The notes: a model not told the origin generated them from the letters alone. Counted from the whole stretch's first letter, positions 13,436-26,921 are shown. The stretch is 63,473 nt of DNA, filler included, from Circinaria calcarea (GCA_051942165.1; 25 parts of 25 records of this genome joined end to end with filler, not necessarily neighbours in it), one strand, 5' to 3'. A program made the numbers and translations.

Positions 13436-13613
13436 ACAAGCTTGCTAAGTTACAACTCGACGAGACCAGCCTCTACGTTCTTCCACTCATCCAGGACAGA
13501 ACAGAGATTGGAGACTCCTTGCAGACAAGCTCGCTAAATTACAACTTGGCGAGACCTGCGTCCACGTTCTTCCACACGTCAAGCACAGAACAGAGATTAG
13601 GGACTTCTTGCAG
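13436..13613 (+). repeat. Two-copy 89-bp degenerate tandem duplication
   Basis: ACAAGCTTGCTAAGTTACAACT...CAGAACAGAGATT...CTTGCAG occurs at 13436 and again at 13525. Confidence 0.8.
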
Positions 13614-13615
13614 CC

Positions 13616-14035
13616 ATGGCCGAACAAGCGTCTCATCCTACAAACGGTGGCACTGTAGAGCGACGTGACCTCGACGATGTGCAGGACGCTTACTCTACTT
13701 TGACTACGCATGCAACATTTCCTTCTCTCGGTGACGGCCATCATGTCGATTCGGAGGACCTACTCATCTTCTTCGAGGACGAAGACCAACATATTCAGGC
13801 TGGCAGTGCTACTCAACTTCCTGAGCCTACTGCGATTCACGAAACTACCAATGACCATGGATCGAGTCTGCCTGATATGACTGCTCGAGTTCAGGATCTC
13901 GCCCTTGTTCAAGAGCATACTCCGGGTCAAGTTACCGGCGTTGAGATGGAAGTTGAAGCTGAAGAGTTGTGGGAGGTTGTACCAGAGAGGCTAAGAAAAT
14001 CGAGGCAGGACACAGGTATGATCAGTGTACCTTAA
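13616..14035 (+). CDS. Acidic hypothetical ORF, possibly a 5' exon of the downstream helicase
   Basis: 139-aa ORF with a GTATGA donor near its end; no recognisable motif. Confidence 0.35.
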   Translation: MAEQASHPTNGGTVERRDLDDVQDAYSTLTTHATFPSLGDGHHVDSEDLLIFFEDEDQHIQAGSATQLPEPTAIHETTNDHGSSLPDMTARVQDLALVQEHTPGQVTGVEMEVEAEELWEVVPERLRKSRQDTGMISVP

Positions 14036-14490
14036 TTTCTCTGTTAACTTGCAAAGCTGATGATCCACCATAGCCCCAGACACCGCGGTCATAGCAGATG
14101 GTAAGCTACTTGGATGGATACCATCCATCTACCCAGAACTAACCTCATGTCAGCTCCAGCAGCGAATCACCTCCATGAGACTCGTGGTGACTCTAATGAT
14201 CTGGATAAAGGTATGTTATCTATGCTGTCCTGTTACCTCCTCGTCTATTCGGTGGAACGGTCACCTTCCTGGACCCTTTCACCACATCTCCTCGTAACTG
14301 TCTGCTCCTTCGCGCTAGCATTCGCTTGGCTGTTCATCACAGACCTAATGCATGTTGCGTGAATGAGCTGGCTAGGTTAATTCACGGTACCCGGTCATCA
14401 TCCTTCATGTTATAATCTTCCTCTCCTTCAGTTCCAAGCATACCACACAACATCTTTCACCTACAACTTGGAGAGTCAAACTGCTCGATC

Positions 14491-15204
14491 ATGAATACTA
14501 ACTGGAGGTCTAAAGATATAGAGATGAACGCGCATCTCAATGAGAGAATCGGCCGCAACATCCCGAATCGTCCCCTTCCCCACAGCAGTGGCACACCTGC
14601 TAGGCCCAAGATGGTTGCCAATGAGTTGATCCGGGAGTACTTCAATGTCCCTCCGACTACCGCTACACAAGCACAGTGGCTCAAGATGCCTGTTATCCCA
14701 ACAGCACAAGAAATCGCTGGAGCTGCCATTGGTCACACTGTCAACATTGCCGATGTGCCAGTCACACAACATGGAGTACCGGTAAATCGGATCAAGGGTG
14801 AATGGCGTAGCAAAGAGGAGTATCTGGAATCCCATTATAGGCTACTAAGGGAAGATGCCGTTGAACCTCTGAGGTCCGCTGTCGAAGAGGTCAGAGCACA
14901 TCCGGATCTACTTGAACGTGACTCGCAAGAGCATGCTGGTATCTACGAGAACGTATGTCGATCCCTTTGTATGTACGTGTTCATTGCTCAACTTGCTTAG
15001 GTCTACATTACCGGTGTGACCTTTGCTCCTCGAGGCATAGCTGTCCGCGTCGAGTTCTCATTGCGCCGAGCGGGAAAGAAGGTCAGATGGGAGCAATCGA
15101 AACGCTTGACAACTGGAAGCATTGTAGCTCTTACTCCGGCCAATGACATGTTCCGAAAGGTCTGTAGAGTGGCAGTCATTGCGGCCCGTCCTCTGGCTGG
15201 ACTC
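14491..15204 (+). CDS. Hrr1/ZNFX1-like SF1 RNA helicase (RNAi-associated), N-terminal part; intron 14953-15000
   Basis: WLKMPVIPTAQEI…PVNRIKGEWRSKEEYLESHYRLLREDAVEPLRSAV…KKVRWEQSKRLTTGSIVALT matches the N-terminus of fungal Hrr1/ZNFX1-like helicases. Confidence 0.85.
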
Positions 15205-15685
15205 NNNNNNNNNNNNNNNNNNNNNNNNNNNNNNNNNNNNNNNNNNNNTTAATTAATTAANNNNNNNNNNNNNNNNNNNNNNNNNNNNNNNNNNNNNNNN
15301 NNNNGTAGAATATATTACTATCAATATAAATTGCCTAATAATCCATATATCCTATGAAGAGGAAGGAACAATATGGCTATAGCCCCTATATAATACAATC
15401 GTAGTGACAGTAGCATCCGCACATATAGTACGGGTGCTGGACCCCAATGGACCCTGAGTGCTTTACGCAAGCCGTGTGTGTGCTAAGCCATTGAAGTATC
15501 AGAGAGTTGCCAAGCGGAGGCGTGGGGGCGTAATGAAGAACGTCATTGCACAGTATATGCGGCATATTCCTACCTATGGGATGTTACCATATTTCAGTAT
15601 TGGGGTCCGCAAGTGAAGTCCTTTTCATCCGGCAAGATACAAGCCAATTGTACTAAGTAGATATAGTAGACTAGCGCAATGTATA

Positions 15686-16179
15686 TCGTTGCTGATAAAA
15701 TAATGGGCGCTTTTTCAGCCGGTTTTTTTTTTGGCGATCTCCGCAAGGATTAGGGAGAGGCACTAGCTAGGATAGCCGTACCATAGTAATTTACTAATAA
15801 ACACTATCTTTATTTACATGTAACCCTGATTTTCGTAGGGAATATCGAGTATTATTTTCGATCAAGTAATTCTCTCTTTATAAATACTATATAAACCACG
15901 TATATTGCCGTATTCTTACTATGCGTTGGATTCTACTTTTTCGTATAGATTTTCGTGACAATTCGCGCAGTCTGGGTCTCATTGGCTGTATGCAGGGTGT
16001 GTGATACGCCACGCAGAGGGGATATATTAGGCGGAACTACGCGTAAATAAAGATAGTGTTTACTAGTAAATTACTATGGTACGGCTATCCTAGCTAGTGC
16101 CTCTCCCTAATCCTTGCGGAGATTGCCCCCCCCAAAAAAAAACCGGCTGAAAAAGCGCCCATTATTTTGTCAGCAACGA
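15686..16179. mobile_element. MITE (~494 bp) with ~135-bp terminal inverted repeats and TA flanks (Tc1/mariner-type)
   Basis: TA|TCGTTGCTGA…CACTATCTTTATTTAC (to ~15817) is the reverse complement of ~16043-16179 …TCAGCAACGA|TA. There is no internal ORF. Confidence 0.85.
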
Positions 16180-16734
16180 TAATCAACTCAGCCTCTGCGC
16201 ACACTAAGCCCTCTCGCTGCCTGTGACAGCAACAGACACTTTTCGCTGAGTCTTTATAGGATCAAACCAACGATAAAAAGCCTTCTACAACATTATTTGA
16301 ACAAAATCCGAGTTAAAAGGGTGGGGCGTGACCGGATACCCGTGATTTTTGTTAATTGCTATTGATTGTTATGGTTGTTATGATCGCTCGACGCGGTTGC
16401 GTAGGGGCGAAGGAACTTAGTGGGGGCGTTTTTTGGAAGCCGACCTGTAGCTAGACACGGCATACCCTCCCTTCGGAAGGTGCATCCGCTTATGGACTCC
16501 ACTCCACTTCACTCCACGCTTCTGCGCATATGCGCTGTGGTGGTGTGAGAGACGAGGGATGTGTCGCGAGGAAAAGGGGCAGTGCAGGCAAGCTGCAGCG
16601 GTTTCGTCTCCCCCCAAGTTTTTCCCACAATAAAACGCGTCGAAGGTGGAAGGTTATGATTCTTTCAAAATACTTTTGCAGTTTGCAGCTCGAATTCTGT
16701 ATCTTTGATCCAAGCTGGTCAAATTCTATACCAA

Positions 16735-17752
16735 ATGCCTCCTGAAGGTCAAGTTACTATTCAAAGCTCAAAGCGCTTCTCTGACAAAGATCTGTAAATT
16801 TTTTTAGAAGGATCTACTATCATTTCTATGCTGAAGATAGTATAGGAAGGTAATTGAAAATTCGGAGACTGAACAACGCCAATTCCAGAAGTTGGTTTTG
16901 GCAAGCAAACGCTTCTCCGAAACCGAAAAAGCTGCAATCAAACTCGATACCGTTGCTAAGTTTAGCGACTTTTGGGAGCAAGTCAATAATGATCAAATCG
17001 CATTTGATCGCAACCATGAGAAGGGATGCGGCTTATGGTCGAAGAGGTATCAAAACTCAGCGGCTATCATCCAAGGTTTCATGAAAGACTTCTCGCCTAT
17101 TATCAAAATTGTGCAAGACTTTACTCCACCACCATATGGCGGAATAGTAATCGGAACTGTGTCCGTTCTTTTTGCGGTAGGATTCCAAAATCGTCAATTG
17201 TGGAAATCTAAAATAACAACGGGATAAGGTTGCAAGTAATAAGGGCGAAATGGAAGAACGTTTGGCATTAACCATATCTGCAATTCAAGACCGGTTGCCA
17301 GGCCTACAGTTGTACCAACATATCTATAATGAGAATCACGAGCTGGATATTGCACTTCAAGCTAAAATTGTATCGGCATACCAAATCTTTATAGATTTTT
17401 CTATTTTGGCAACAAAGTACTACAAAAGCGGTGGACTACGTAAGTGTTGTCCTGATCAAGACAATAATTGGGTAACAATGAAAAAAGATTTAACATGTCG
17501 TGTTTTAGGACGGTGGCTGAGAGCACTAGGAATCTCATCCAGTTATATAATAGAGGCTGAGAAAGTGCAAGCTGCAATAGTAGGTGTACGGCAATCATGC
17601 GACGAACTGCTGGATAAAAATGTGGATTCAATTAAGAGATTAGTAATAGGTAAATGTTTTATTGAATTTCATAAGCTTTTACAATACTAATAATAGTAAT
17701 AGAACAAAAAAAAGCCATCAAAGGTCAGCTAAATACTAATAAAATCATTATC
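16735..17752 (+). CDS. Probable fungal NLR/NACHT-type protein, helical N-terminal domain (DUF7708-like); multi-intron, 3'-truncated
   Basis: Spliced product PPYGGIVIGTVSVLFA/VASNKGEMEERLALTISAIQDRLPGLQLYQHIY…LQAKIVSAYQIFIDFSILATKYY resembles the domain that precedes NACHT in fungal STAND proteins. The P-loop is not reached. Confidence 0.6.
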
Positions 17753-19231
17753 NNNNNNNNNNNNNNNNNNNNNNNNNNNNNNNNNNNNNNNNNNNNTTAA
17801 TTAATTAANNNNNNNNNNNNNNNNNNNNNNNNNNNNNNNNNNNNNNNNNNNNAGGGGGTGGTGGTGGGAAAAGACGAAAGTGATTGCAGTGATTTTTGCC
17901 CTTGCGTTGATTGCATAGCGCCAGGACATCGTCGCTTCGCTCTTGATGTTCGATTTGATTAGATATACCCATGTGATGTTCCAAGCTTGCAGCGCATGTT
18001 GCATCGCATGACGGCGGAATTAATTAAAATGGAAAAAGCATCCACAGTTTATAAAAGTCATTCCACCTCCTTTTTCAACATGTAATCTCCAACGTTTGTT
18101 CACACCATTCCACCAATAGTGTCAACTCCGCGCCTACTCGATTTCATATTTACTACAGAGTAATCTGTCGGTAGGTTAAGCTGTACACCTAGAACAGGGT
18201 GGGGGAGTAAAACATCGACCTTGTAAGTAAGTGAGAAACACCCAACCCGCTGCATCTTCCTCTTGAAGATGATCAGTTAGAGCTCAACGAGCTAGTCCAT
18301 CATTCCCGACCTTGATGATCGAATTGACATGCATAGCAACATTTGGCCGATTGGTTGGCATAACTTATCAGAGCGCAACCGATAGCTAACGAGATTTATA
18401 TCGAGTTGAGGCCGCTTTTGCCAGCATGGGCAGCACTGCGAGGCGAAGGAGCCAATCAACGTGAGGCATCAGGGGGGCGATAGAAGGTGGTTCGGTACAT
18501 CTATAAGCAGTATCTGCTCCCTGTGCAGGACATGCAGGTCCAGGACTCGAAGGGACACCGACACGGCTGCTGCCTCTTTCGAGCGAGCCTCCGAGGCGTT
18601 GGAACGGGGCTTTCCATGGCGTGAGAGGGGACTGTCGATGTGGCGAAAGAGCGGTCCCGGTGTTTTCATTGGTCCTATTGCCGATGAGATCTTCCGCCCG
18701 AGAGGCGCTAAAGGCGCATCCTCCGAGCTTGGGCCTTCTCCGTCTCGTTCTCGCTCGGGATTGGTCCGACGCCACTTCACCTCCTCCGACGGCTCTCGGC
18801 CATAACGATTCGGAAACGCCAATCGTCTCTCCTTCGATGTTGTCCCGTGAGTCTGCCCCGGCCTCTGTCGCTCGATCACGGGCTTATCGTCGGCTTCAAC
18901 TCGCCGGCCTCAATTCCCCAGCTGCTCCTTCGGGCGTACGCTCGAGGACGGGGTGTCTCAATTACCTGGATAGGTGCTCGAGATGGGGATATATAATTGC
19001 AATGGATGCCTCTATCGCACTCGTGCTCGGCCATCCAAGATACTGCTGCAAAACACCCCTCCAGGATGGGACGACTGACGAATTACTACGCCGGGGGCGC
19101 TTCGGTATCATGGACGATGCTATTACTGCCAAGCTGCATATCTAGATTGGCAAGTAAGAAGAAGGATGGTTGTATAGGTACATCACATATGGCACTTGCA
19201 TGCGAGCATAGATACTAATCGAGATCTAGAC

Positions 19232-20299
19232 ATGACTCAAGACGCGGTTATATACAGCGAACAGCCTCAACCAAGCCAACCATTGAGGATTGAGTTCAAT
19301 GGCATGCTTCCATTTCAGTCAAGCGGTACCTATCCACAGAGCCTACACTCTCCGGAGTCTAGCAGCGCAGCATCCTGCCATGGCGAACGCTCAGAGGCAT
19401 GCAATAGGATAGTAAAATGGGCTCCCGAGAGTACGAGTTTCAAATCAATACCAAGTGACGCGAGGAGTCAATGCTCAGACTCATCTAAACGTCGAAAGCG
19501 TTTGCAACGTCGAAGGTATCAAGAGGACACACAAGGCATGCAGCATTCGAAAGGCCTTCGCCCCTTGAAGCTTGGACAGCAGACGAATGTTGACGAGGTT
19601 AATATTCCTCGCACGCGGGATAGGGATCGCCAGTTGGACCCCCCAAAGAAATATCCTCCCACGTCGTTGCCTCCAGGCTTCATCTGGGGTGCGGAAGCGC
19701 AGCTCTTGAGACCACTTCACGACCTTGCTATACCCCCAGTACCGAGCCCTTTGAGTTTGAGCCGAAGAAACACGGTTGAATCGCGGTACAGCCTTGACAG
19801 CGCCTTCAACTCTCCCGACTCACCCACGATATCGAGGTCGGATTCTCTTTATCGTAAAGCTGTTCTTGCTTTGCCGCGGTCCACCCAATTCTTCCTAGAT
19901 TCTCTCGATGAGAATCCTCCCAAGCCACCTGCCCCGTTGAAAATCAGACCAGCTTCCAAAGCGTCGACAGTTTCTCGCCGCCAAGGAATCTGGCCGAGTA
20001 ATCAGTGCGAGTCAGGCTTCGAGGGGCCTCGTGAATGGGAAATGGGCTGGGAAGACTTTGACACGATCCTAGATGAATGGCGATCGGGATTCGAGGATGA
20101 TGACACGAATGCTTTGTGTGCAGCAAGTCCCACCACCGTCTTGGTTCCTGCTCTGGGACCCCATCCGAGCTCTCTAGGTCATTGGAAATCAAAGTGGTCT
20201 GATACGTCCTCGGGCTGGTCGAGGGACTCGGCAAGTGCTCAGTGTAACGATTTGGCAATACCACCTTTGGCACATATCCCAGACCTTGAACCTGATCAC
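19232..20299 (+). CDS. Ser/Pro-rich hypothetical protein, 3'-truncated
   Basis: Open frame of over 350 codons with disordered composition; no motif recognised. Confidence 0.5.
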
Positions 20300-22944
20300 N
20301 NNNNNNNNNNNNNNNNNNNNNNNNNNNNNNNNNNNNNNNNNNNTTAATTAATTAANNNNNNNNNNNNNNNNNNNNNNNNNNNNNNNNNNNNNNNNNNNNA
20401 CAGAAGGATGGGGGGGAAGGGGGGTGGTAAGCCTGGAGGCGGAAAACAAGGAATGTTTGAGTGAAAACACCTGCCCAAGATGCGAAGGAACCGGGGGCGT
20501 TTGAGCTCGAGAATTTACATGCACCCTCTTCAAACCTACCACATGTCCTTCAGACTTTGTCTGCGTCTCTCATCTTTCCTGTTTACCCTCTTTTCCCACC
20601 ATCATTTCCACCGTCAGCGGAATGACGAATCATTTTAACAAGCTTCCTCAATTGGCCTAGAAGGGGAAGAGTCAAATTTACTTGTCAATGTCTGCCGATG
20701 GTGCTTAGACTGGCCACGAGGGGGACGAAGACGGCAAAAAGAAAGTGGGATGGGCTTGCCGAGTAGGGAGACCTATAGAGGGTTGATGGATGGGCTCGCC
20801 AAGTTGGAAATTTTCAAACGTAGTCTGAGGATAAGCGAAGCGAAGGCGATATCCCAAAACATAATTTCCCCCAATTTTTCCCAAGAGAAAAAAGTTGGCC
20901 GCGTTGATGATATGACGGGAGCAAAATCATCCTTCCTCCTCCCCTCCCCTCCCCAATCTCCAAGACTTACCCACCAACCATTCTAGACTTGTTCCATTCA
21001 TTCTCCCGCCCCTCTCCCCCCCTTTTTTTCTTCCGTTATGTTTCTTTCCAACCATCTGTCATGCACAAGTTCGGACTAAAATAGTTGGCCGCAGAGAGAG
21101 AAGAGAATGGTGTGACCTTTTTCATCCGTTGAGTTTCAGCTGCCAAATATGAATAGATGTCACTATACTGGTGTTCGGGGATAGGGTTTGGGGTCATTGT
21201 GCGGAGGGTTGTGTGATAGGGGGAATTGAGGGAGAAGGGATATGGGAAAAGGGAAAAGGGAAAAGGGGAAAAGAAGCGTGACTGCTTGGGGGGGGGGAAG
21301 TTGGTGAATGGAGCTTGATTATGCTTGGACGTGACGTTGGAAAAAGGGCAGGTTTTTTAAAGGGGCCAAAGAGGGCACACCCTGCCAAAGAATGGGCTTT
21401 CTCTCCAAGGGGGGCCCGAAGATGAAGGAAAATCTCAGGCGTTTACGTTACCCACTTGACGAGTTTTGCATCACCCAGTTCCTACTCAGCTCTCTCTAAT
21501 TCCTTACTTGGCTTACTCTGAATCTACCAACCTACTCTGTCACGTGCCCCCCTTCTAGCCTTCTCTTCTCCCCACCATTCCTTTGGAACCCTTCCCGTCC
21601 TGGTCTTCTTCTTCTGCTCTGGGGCCCGAAAATGGGGAGCGCCAAGGTGTCTGAAAATTTCTCTCATCGATTCGGATGTGTAATGGTGATATGACTGATG
21701 AGAGGATGGCACTTGGGGTGGAAGAGGGAAGAGGGAAGATGGAAGATGTCAAGACGGGCGGGTCGGCCGGGGATAGTTTGCCGTTGAGTTTGGTTGGTTG
21801 GGGGAAGGGGGGATGCAAATCGGTGGTGTTAAATGGTGGTGAATGCCGGTGGGAATGCTACTGAGAGCGGAGATCCCCGGAACGAGGTACCCAAAGACAA
21901 ACATAAAGAAAAAAAAAACGATTACCATATTACCCAGACGGTTTTTGCCCTCGGCCCGGATAGGAAATCCACGGCATTCCCATTCCTTTCTTACCTTTAC
22001 TCCTACCCGCCCTTACGTCATCCCCAGGCTATCTACCAAAGAAACCAGCCGGCTACCTTACCTTGTGCCTTGTACAGGCTTCTTACCAAGAACGTCCGCA
22101 TCGGCCCGTTACCGTGCTGTCTCTTCTCTCCCCTTCTCTCCACCACCCTTGCCGTTCCTTCATTCCCACTCCCTCATCCTCTCACTACGGCCACAGCTGT
22201 TCCAGTCGAATGGGCCCCCCCCCCCCCCCCTTCCAACAAGGATATGGTCTCGAGACCTGCGTAGTTGTCAATAGCAATTTTGTTAGCTAAGCTAAGGGGC
22301 GTGGGAAGGTTGATGGTTCAATAAAGTGAGGTGATTAACGGGCATGGGATGGGGAGATGTCCAACCCGTCTCAAATTTTGAAGAAAACTGTACATACAAG
22401 AGAGAAAATAAAAGTCTTACCGCACACATCGAATTTTCCTTCTTCTTATAACTTGCAGAGGAGGGGGGAACGGGGAGGAGTTTAAATAATGAAATATCCA
22501 AAAAAAACCGGGTCAGTAGTTCGTGCCGGTGAATACATGTCTGACAGGCCCAAGGGGACACTAGAACCATCTGACCCGTGGGCGTTTCCCATTTCCATTC
22601 CCGGCTTTCCCACCTTTTACCATCTTCGCCAGTCCTTTGTTCACCACTCACTGACTCACATCTCCCCTCCGCTGTTCCCTTCGCCCTCCTCGCCTGTCCC
22701 TAGCCCCCCATGCCTGAATTTTAGCCAAAGGAAGACGGCCTCCAGACACGGTAGCGGAAGCCCCCAGAGAGGTGGGGGGGGGGGAGCGTGTAGATAACGG
22801 AACAATGCGTAGTTTTCACAAAAACTCCCCGTGGGAAAAGGGGGNNNNNNNNNNNNNNNNNNNNNNNNNNNNNNNNNNNNNNNNNNNNTTAATTAATTAA
22901 NNNNNNNNNNNNNNNNNNNNNNNNNNNNNNNNNNNNNNNNNNNN

Positions 22945-23533
22945 CCTCCGTCATTCACATCCACCATAATTGGCAAAAGCCCACCTGATTCTCGAGGAAT
23001 CAAGATCGTCGAGAATGCCATCTTCATGGTAAATAAGGAAATAGGTGGAGAAGCAATCTCCTTTTTCTACTCCAGACGAGGCTTCCGCTTCAATAGCGCG
23101 CAACTTGATACTCTAATTCTGACCTCCAGCGTCTTCGATCACCTGCGACGATTGGAGATTGAGGATATTCTACCCAAACAGAGACGTTGGCCTATGGTGG
23201 CTACACTTGACAGACTGTCTAGTGTCCCTAGACTGCAGGAGATTATCGTTGGTACGAATGTTTCTGAAGATGCGCAGCGTAGCCTTTACAAAATTCATCT
23301 TCGAACAGTAGGAAAATGGGTGTTTAGATATGCAAAGTTTGTTAGAAAAAAAGTACAAACACAAACTGAGTCTGGGTGAAAGGGAAGAAGCTGGGAGGAT
23401 GCGGGAAGAGAAGTACGCTAAGCCTGTTTCTTCGCATTTGAGATTCAACTATGGATATCGGGCTCTTTACCACGATGACATCAAGTCGTTTTGTGATGGA
23501 GTTCCAAAGGTCACTGTTGTTAATTTGAAGTAG
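22945..23533 (+). CDS. Hypothetical protein fragment (F-box/DUF7730-like motif); C-terminus uncertain
   Basis: NAIFMVNKEIGGEAISFFYSRRGFRF resembles the L.V.K....EA...Y...F.F pattern. The frame changes near 23330-23379. Confidence 0.4.
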
Positions 23534-25154
23534 AAAACAGCGCATAAGAAGGGAAAGGAAGGAAGACTCCCACTTACCAGCATTTGGCGGTCAACCAATG
23601 AGGGAAATGCTAAGACGGCGAACCCTTGAGCAATTGTAATTGATCTGGTGTAGTAGTCATAGAGTATTTCAGAAGCTACTAGCAAGCGTATTTGCGGATG
23701 CTCGGGGTGGAACCCCTAAGAGGAATGAGACTCATTTGTTCGTCACTTCTACATAACTGAAGGAACCAAGCTTACAACCGTCTTAGATTCTAATCCGACT
23801 CTCAGCTCCTCGCTGGTAACACGGAGTGTTTAGCGCTTCAGAGTTATGGCGCTCGTTGCATCTGCAGAGATCGATTAACATAACATCTATGGAGGCTCAT
23901 CTTCAGCTTATCCTTAAGATATTGCACCTACCAATCGTCTACGCAGTAAACCTCGCATCTCTGCCACACTGTTTCTACATTCGATCCTTGTGCTCATGGC
24001 AACTTGACCGCTCCACTTTCACTGTAATCTCCCTCCGCACCGGAAAGATGATCTTACCCCCTGGCAAAGCTCATATCCAACCCACCATATCCCCACTCTC
24101 TGTTCTTACCGACCAAAACCTGTTCCTTGTTCCAGTTTTCTATATTATTCATCTTACCATCCACCTCATCTCCAAAGCATGCCGAGCCCACCAACTCCCC
24201 TTCCCGTAAGCTTTACATCCATCTAGCTCCGCCCCCCCTCACAATTCCCCCTTCTCCATCCTTCCCTCCTCAACCCCTACCCTCACCTCCAACTAAAGCC
24301 ACAAAAACCGCCCTCACCTTCCACTCAAAACCTCTTTCCAACGCCCCAAAAGTCCCTACAAATCTCCATGACAAAATCACTCAATTTACAACCCGACCCA
24401 TCGCAAAAACCCAACCCCTATCCCAACCCTCCTCCTTTTTTTTTATTTTTTTTACATTCCACCTCCTACCACATGAACAAAAAAAAAGAACAAAATTCTC
24501 CTCTCCTATTTCTTCAAAGCGTCCAGCCATAAATCCCCCAATCCTCCTCCAAACCCCACAAACTCCCCTCGGCCCCATTTTTTCCCCAAGCAAGGCTAAC
24601 CTAGACTGGGGGCCGGGAACGTGGCGGTTTGGGAAGGATTCGAAAATGAGGGGATGGAGTCGGGTTCCCTTTTATTTCTTCTGTTTGGTTTTCTTTGAGG
24701 GGTGGTGGAGTTTCTAAGGGGCCAAAGGGGGACGGACCAGGGGAAGAGGGACGGGGTAGCGAGGGAAGTAGGAGGAGAAGATGTATGAGGGGGATAGGGA
24801 TTAGAGATGGCAAAAGCGGATGAGATGAGATGTGAGACTCGATTCCGGAAAAAAGCGGGCCTCATCCTAATCATCCACGTGCCCCTCATTAATCCCCCCC
24901 CCCTCCAAGCGCAGGGGGATGCTTTGCTCAGCTTCGCTCCAAACGGGGCCAGGTTAGATAAAAAATTCTACGGCGTCCCGCTTGAAAAGGGGGCCCCCGC
25001 CCACTCCGCTTAGTATATAGATAGATACTTTGCGGTATTTCTCCTCGGGTCTACCTTCGTAATTATCTAATCCTTGCTTTTTTCTTTTCGCTCTTTCCTG
25101 TTGCGTACCCAGACCCAGACCCAAATCCTCCATGCGATATCACTGGACTTCCTC

Positions 25155-25256
25155 TTTCCCATTTCCCATTTCCCATTTCCCATTTCCCATTTCCCATTTC
25201 CCATTTCCCATTTCCCATTTCCCATTTCCCATTTCCCATTTCCCATTTCCCATTTC
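25155..25256. repeat. Heptanucleotide tandem repeat (TTCCCAT)n, ~14 copies
   Basis: Perfect 7-nt periodicity seen directly. Confidence 0.95.
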
Positions 25257-25889
25257 CTTTCCATTTTGATTAATAAAAGAGAAAGGGGACGGCTTGGAGC
25301 GCCTCCCCGGCCCCACCCCAGTCCTAAGCCCTAATCCCAAGTCTGCTCTTTCGGTGTTTTTTTGGGTTTTGGTTGGGGCAGATGTGGGGNNNNNNNNNNN
25401 NNNNNNNNNNNNNNNNNNNNNNNNNNNNNNNNNTTAATTAATTAANNNNNNNNNNNNNNNNNNNNNNNNNNNNNNNNNNNNNNNNNNNNGGGTGGAGAGA
25501 GGCGGGAGGAGTGGTTTTGTATCTCCTGGATCGCTCGAAGCACTATTTAGCATGCCCAATACCGAACTTATTAACAGACGGGCGGCACCAAATTGACACC
25601 GACGACAGGCACTTATCTCTAGCACACACCACCATGTTTATGATTGCCCTCTGGGCGTTGCAGGTCGTCTCACAATTATCAGGCTATGGTCCGGGCATAC
25701 GCTAAAATTGTACCACCTGCCAGCTGTCTAAGAGATACGGAAGCTATCAATAGGTAAGTAGAATTTGTCATACTTATTTATTTTCTGCAACGTAATACAA
25801 GGGAAGTATATTGATTATAGGAGTGATGTGTGTAAGCCATGCGCTACCTTGTTTCTCTCGGAACATCAAAATGAAAAGACGCCGATTTA

Positions 25890-26921
25890 TTATCCTTGCA
25901 CTGCTGTCAGTCGACCCATCCTTCCAGCCAAGGATTTCCATTTCGCTCCCTTCACTTCTACGAGAGGGCTTGTCGTGCTCGCAGGCCCGTTGCCTCCTTT
26001 CTCCGATTGCTGGGCGAACGGCACGGTTTGTCCTAGATATATTTAGAAGCGAACTTTGGAAGTATAATGTTAAACGCGCTGGAGCGTTCGCCAACTCACC
26101 CATTCCGATCGGATGGAAATTATCATAGATATTTTCCCAATTGCCCCACGGCACCACGTACGTCTCGTGCATGATCCCAATGTGCGGATACTCCTTGTGG
26201 TTTTTGGTCCACCAGTTGAGGCCCAGGCGGTGGACTGGGCTGTTCGCGAAAGCTTGGAGGTGGGCCATAGATTGCCAGTAAGAGATGGTGAGAATGGTTG
26301 TGCCAGCGCCGTGTTCAATGGCCATTAGGGTGGAGGTTTTGCCGAGGTCTGTGGGTGTTTAGAGGGGTTAGGCTGTTTGCTTGATATTTATACTTTATGA
26401 AGGCGTGCTTAGCTGGGAGGACGAAAGGATACTTACAACCTGATTTAGCACGGTCGGCTTCGGCGTCTATCCACATGTTTTGGAAGAGGTCACCCAGTTC
26501 CTTGAAGCCGGGGGCGAAGATACCGAGAGGGCTTTTTCGCGGTTAGCACTCATCCGACCAAAAAGGGACTCCAGACGTCTGTTAGAGTAAATGGATTTGG
26601 AACTCACTGGTTTGAACTCGCTCCAACAATGAAGACCACCATTTCTTTGTTAGAGGACTTCTCGGAAGCTAATTCAGTTTCCCCAGGCATCGGCACCATC
26701 GATCGCCCCCTAAAGGTGCCATCCAAGTATGGATTGCGAATATAGCCTCGGGTGATAAGAGCCCCGTTGATCAAGCGTACTGTCACAAGGATCACTGCTG
26801 GAAGGAGAGCAACACGGGTGGGAAGCAGAAGGGCGAGGAGAGATTGGAGACACGCTCCGGCGAGAAGCCATGTTGTGAGGCTGAAGCTGTCGCGAATGAT
26901 GTTGAGCTTGCTTGCTGACAT
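25890..26921 (-). CDS. DUF4188-family monooxygenase (similar to fumagillin-cluster Af470), 3 introns
   Basis: IIRDSFSLTTWLLAGACLQ…VVFIVGASSNH/PLGIFAPGFKELG…ISYWQSMAHLQAFANSPVHRLGLNWW…HIGIMHETYVVP.GNWENIY.NFHP.GMG. Confidence 0.85.

Noticed and set aside
20400..22844. Several 60-140 aa ORFs
   Set aside because: The DNA is low-complexity and purine/pyrimidine-skewed, with no motifs or coherent splice structure.
25067..25340. GNGKWEM / FPISHFP repeat ORFs, or a telomeric repeat
   Set aside because: They are translations of a perfect (TTCCCAT)n tract that is internal to the contig and is not TTAGGG.
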